Shown here in pieces: positions 62,001 through 64,000 of a stretch of DNA of 64,000 bases. The DNA is taken from the NCBI GenBank assembly GCA_028826165.1, contig JAPDFW010000076.1, positions 124,001 to 188,000 of the forward strand, in the 5' to 3' direction. Under the pieces are notes generated by a model that was not told the DNA's origin, searched no databases, and worked only from the letters and a program-made list of their open reading frames with translations. Made by a program: the position numbers and the translations under genes. Source of the DNA: Anaeramoeba ignava BMAN (Eukaryota > Protista > Anaeramoebae). Each line of letters begins with the position of its first letter. Position 1 is the stretch's first letter.

Positions 62001-62437
62001 ATATTGAAAATATTAAAAATATTCAAATCTCAAATTCAGAATCTTTTTCAGATGATGATATTGATAATGAAATAAGTAGTAGTGATAATGAAAATGAAAA
62101 TGATAATGATGCTGATTCTGAAATTCCAACTAATTTAAGATATATGAAAGCAATGTTTAATTCATCTGAAAATCAAGAAGTTTTACAATTTTCAGCTGGA
62201 GAAATTGTTTATATTGAAAAAATTGTTGATGAAACTTGGTTTTATGGGAATGTTCTTAATAGACCATTTTCTGAATCTGGATTTGTTCCTTATAATTTTC
62301 TTGAACCAATTAATGATTCAAAAAAAATTCAAAATATTTTACGAATACATGAGAACATTTTAGAATTAAGAAAACAAGTGATCCAATTACAAAAAAAAAT
62401 GACTGAAATGGCTAATTCTTTTAATGATTTAAAATGA
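56092..62437 (+). CDS. PH - RhoGAP - SH3 protein, multi-exon
   Basis: Exons 56092-56099, 56165-56447, 57205-57390, 60772-60898, 60992-61105 and further short exons. PH (KESFLYKQGKKVKTWRKRFF..ERDDWVDTL), RhoGAP (DGLFRVPGS, HSITGAIKLWIRSL, IIFAPTL) and SH3 (MKAMF..LQFSAGEIV..WFYG..GFVPYNFL). Confidence 0.9.
56550..57198. repeat. Intronic (ttaattatt/ttaatcatt)n repeat
   Basis: Fills intron 56448-57204. Confidence 0.88.
57532..59673 (-). mobile_element. Complete Kolobok-type DNA transposon (2142 bp) with 12-bp TIRs and a TTAA target-site duplication
   Basis: TIR GGGAGTAGTGCA at 57532-57543 and TGCACTACTCCC at 59662-59673; TTAA at 57528-57531 and 59674-59677; encloses a single transposase ORF. 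Confidence 0.92.
57746..59263 (-). CDS. DDE transposase, Kolobok / Mutator-like fold (505 aa from ATG 59263; frame open to 59473)
   Basis: AYDGRWSSRRNAKEG (D1), SSAMEG, VVHDRDSS (D2), DPNH, HWSGHHKNC..C, SSNIVECWNHSLTKMVPK (E), YTARL; basic termini. Confidence 0.88.
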   Translation of the reverse strand: MNYQQQYRLKQKQNFNLTKSNKRSKKKIQKKSKVHKSRMKRKHKKIEELEEEIKQLNQEIKVVKEKQQEEKKQEREKTIFSQIVSGIRFSQIEELETWMQKKEVNSHQYYGVLKRIDEEVEQYLLDDFKENCKKIKQWKKEDSNRKFILAYDGRWSSRRNAKEGTVSFICLQGPTELIGKIFFFMTQKKQNHTKQERKKPCFFEDQTDFKKGSSAMEGKSAEKSMEIFMQFGVMPDIVVHDRDSSSFGNMKIICDKNQHKLEELFDPNHWLKNFHTKLVNYIKTSQYLRKVLRYSKMIISFPIKLRQWFDFCRRNCKYNYDIFCEMVLNSISHWSGHHKNCLADFCKADLNECGNEFLSKKNEQICTKVKDKKERDKLLLEAKKELEYFIIEQLEDAIKIVHPYSSNIVECWNHSLTKMVPKNQNFWKYYTARLSVSALRWNKKTSGIFDLASRLGIVYTEEEKTNINNFYLQKENQKKKTRTKKYKKKEKQNKKYYYKKDQSTN

Positions 62438-62692
62438 AAATTAATTGGAAATTGAAAACAAAAAGATTTTTTTTTTCTTTGAACAAAAATTTTAATAATA
62501 AGATTGTGATATTTCTTTTTGTCCGTTTTCTTTTTGTTTTCTTTTTGTTGTTTTTAAATAAAAATTTTTTCCCTTTTTCTTTTTCTTTTTCTTTTTCTTT
62601 TTTTCGCTTTTTAAAAAAAAATTTTTTTTAATTTTTCATTTTTCATTTTTTTATTTTTCATTTTTCATTTTTCATTTTTAGAGATAGAGAAA

Positions 62693-64000
62693 ATGTCAGT
62701 AAAAGAAACAGGTTATTATGATACTTTAGGTGTTTCTCCTAATGCAACTGAAGTAAATTTTTTTTTCCTTCTTTTAAATTTTAATAAAAAAAAATTAACT
62801 AATCAAATTTTTTTTTGTCTGATTTTGTTTTTTTTTTTTAGTCCGAAATTAAAAGTGCTTATAGAAAATTAGCTTTAAAATATCATCCAGATAGAAATCC
62901 TAATGGAGCTGAAAAAGTATTTCTTTCTTTTAAAATTCATTTATTAATTAAAATTAAAATTAAATTCATTTATAAAATAATAATTAAAATTAAATTTAAA
63001 ATTAAAATTAAAATTAAAATTAAAATTTAAAATTAAAAATAAAATTAAAATTAAAATTAAAATTAAAATTAAAATTAAAATTAAATTTAAAATTAAAATT
63101 AAAATTTAAAATTTAAATTTAAATTAAAATTAAAAATAAAATTTAAATTAAAATTTAAATTAAAATTAAAATTTAAATTTAAAATTAAAATTAAAATTAA
63201 AATTAAAATTAAAATTAAAATTAAAATTAATATTAAAATTAAAAATAATAATTAAAATTAAAATTAAAATTAAAATTCATTTATTAATTAAAATTAAAAT
63301 TAAAATTAAAATTAAAATCAAAATTTAAATTAAATAAGTTTAAAGAAATTGGAGAAGCTTATGAGGTTTTAAGTAATTCTGAAAAAAGAGAAGTTTATGA
63401 TAAATATGGAAAAGAGGGATTACAAGGTGGAGGAGGAATGGGTGTTGACCCTTTTGATCTTTTTTCATCATTTTTTGGAACAGGATTTTCTTTTGGTAAA
63501 GAGAAAATAAATATTTTAAAATAATAAAATAATAAAATAATAAATTAATAAATTCTAATTACAGGACATCAAAAAAGGAGAAGTGGACCAAGAAGAGGAG
63601 AAGATCTTGTTCATCAACTTCCTGTTTCATTAGAAGATTTGTATAAAGGAAAAACAACTAAAATTGCAGTTAATAAAGATGTGATTTGCCCTGTTTGCAA
63701 TGGGTATTTTTAATAATAAATTTAATAATAATTTTAATAATAAATTAAATAATAATTTAATAATAAATTAAATAATAAATTTAATAATAAATTAAATAAT
63801 AAATTTAATAATAAATTAAATAATAATAAATTAAATAATAAATTTAATAATAAATTAAATAATAAATTAAATAATAAAATAAATAATAAATTAAATAATA
63901 AATTAAATAATAAATTAAATAATAAAATAAATAATAAATTAAATAATAAATTAAATAATAAATTAAATAATAAATTAAATAATAAATTAAATAATAAATT
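62693..64000 (+). CDS. Type I DnaJ/Hsp40 (DNAJA/Ydj1-like), 5' part, runs off the window
   Basis: [20 protein letters not shown]|[25 protein letters not shown]|[24 protein letters not shown]; G/F-rich region; [20 protein letters not shown]; CPVCNG. Confidence 0.95.
62940..63332. repeat. Intronic (aaatta)n microsatellite in DnaJ
   Basis: Fills intron ~62918-63338. Confidence 0.9.
63710..64000. repeat. Intronic (aataataaatta)n repeat in DnaJ
   Basis: Follows the donor at ~63704 and continues to the window end. Confidence 0.88.

Noticed and set aside
1-64000. tRNA/rRNA genes, telomeric repeats, alternative genetic code
   Set aside because: No such sequences were recognised by eye; TAA, TAG and TGA all appear as terminators and long ORFs read through with the standard code.

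Overview
Very AT-rich eukaryotic nuclear DNA with the standard genetic code and GT-AG spliceosomal introns. The BTB/TLDc and ankyrin-BTB genes, N/Q/E microsatellites and compact layout suggest an anaerobic protist such as the metamonad Anaeramoeba (inference, not verified). About 15 protein genes can be reconstructed: a RhoGEF-PH-ArfGAP gene, UTP20, glutaminyl cyclase, two BTB-TLDc genes, CFAP57, two paralogous giant CH + tandem PH-like proteins, a probable MTBP/Sld7 homolog, an ankyrin-BTB-BTB gene, an HMG-box gene, a RasGAP, a PH-RhoGAP-SH3 gene, a DnaJA gene and a partial unknown gene. The most notable items are: (1) an intact 2142-bp TTAA-duplicating Kolobok-type DNA transposon inside a TTAA-rich intronic satellite; (2) two BTB-TLDc cassettes, each preceded by a 145-bp tandem array, with a shared 3' flank, a conserved TLDc framework, variable loops and dissimilar N-termini; (3) the giant CH + ~10-14 PH-like repeat family; (4) introns inflated by intron-specific microsatellites, including a homologous intron of 75 nt versus 1296 nt; (5) a 2.6-kb G-free intergenic satellite. 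Several frameshifts lie in homopolymers and are probably sequencing errors. All family assignments come from motif recognition by eye; no searches were run.
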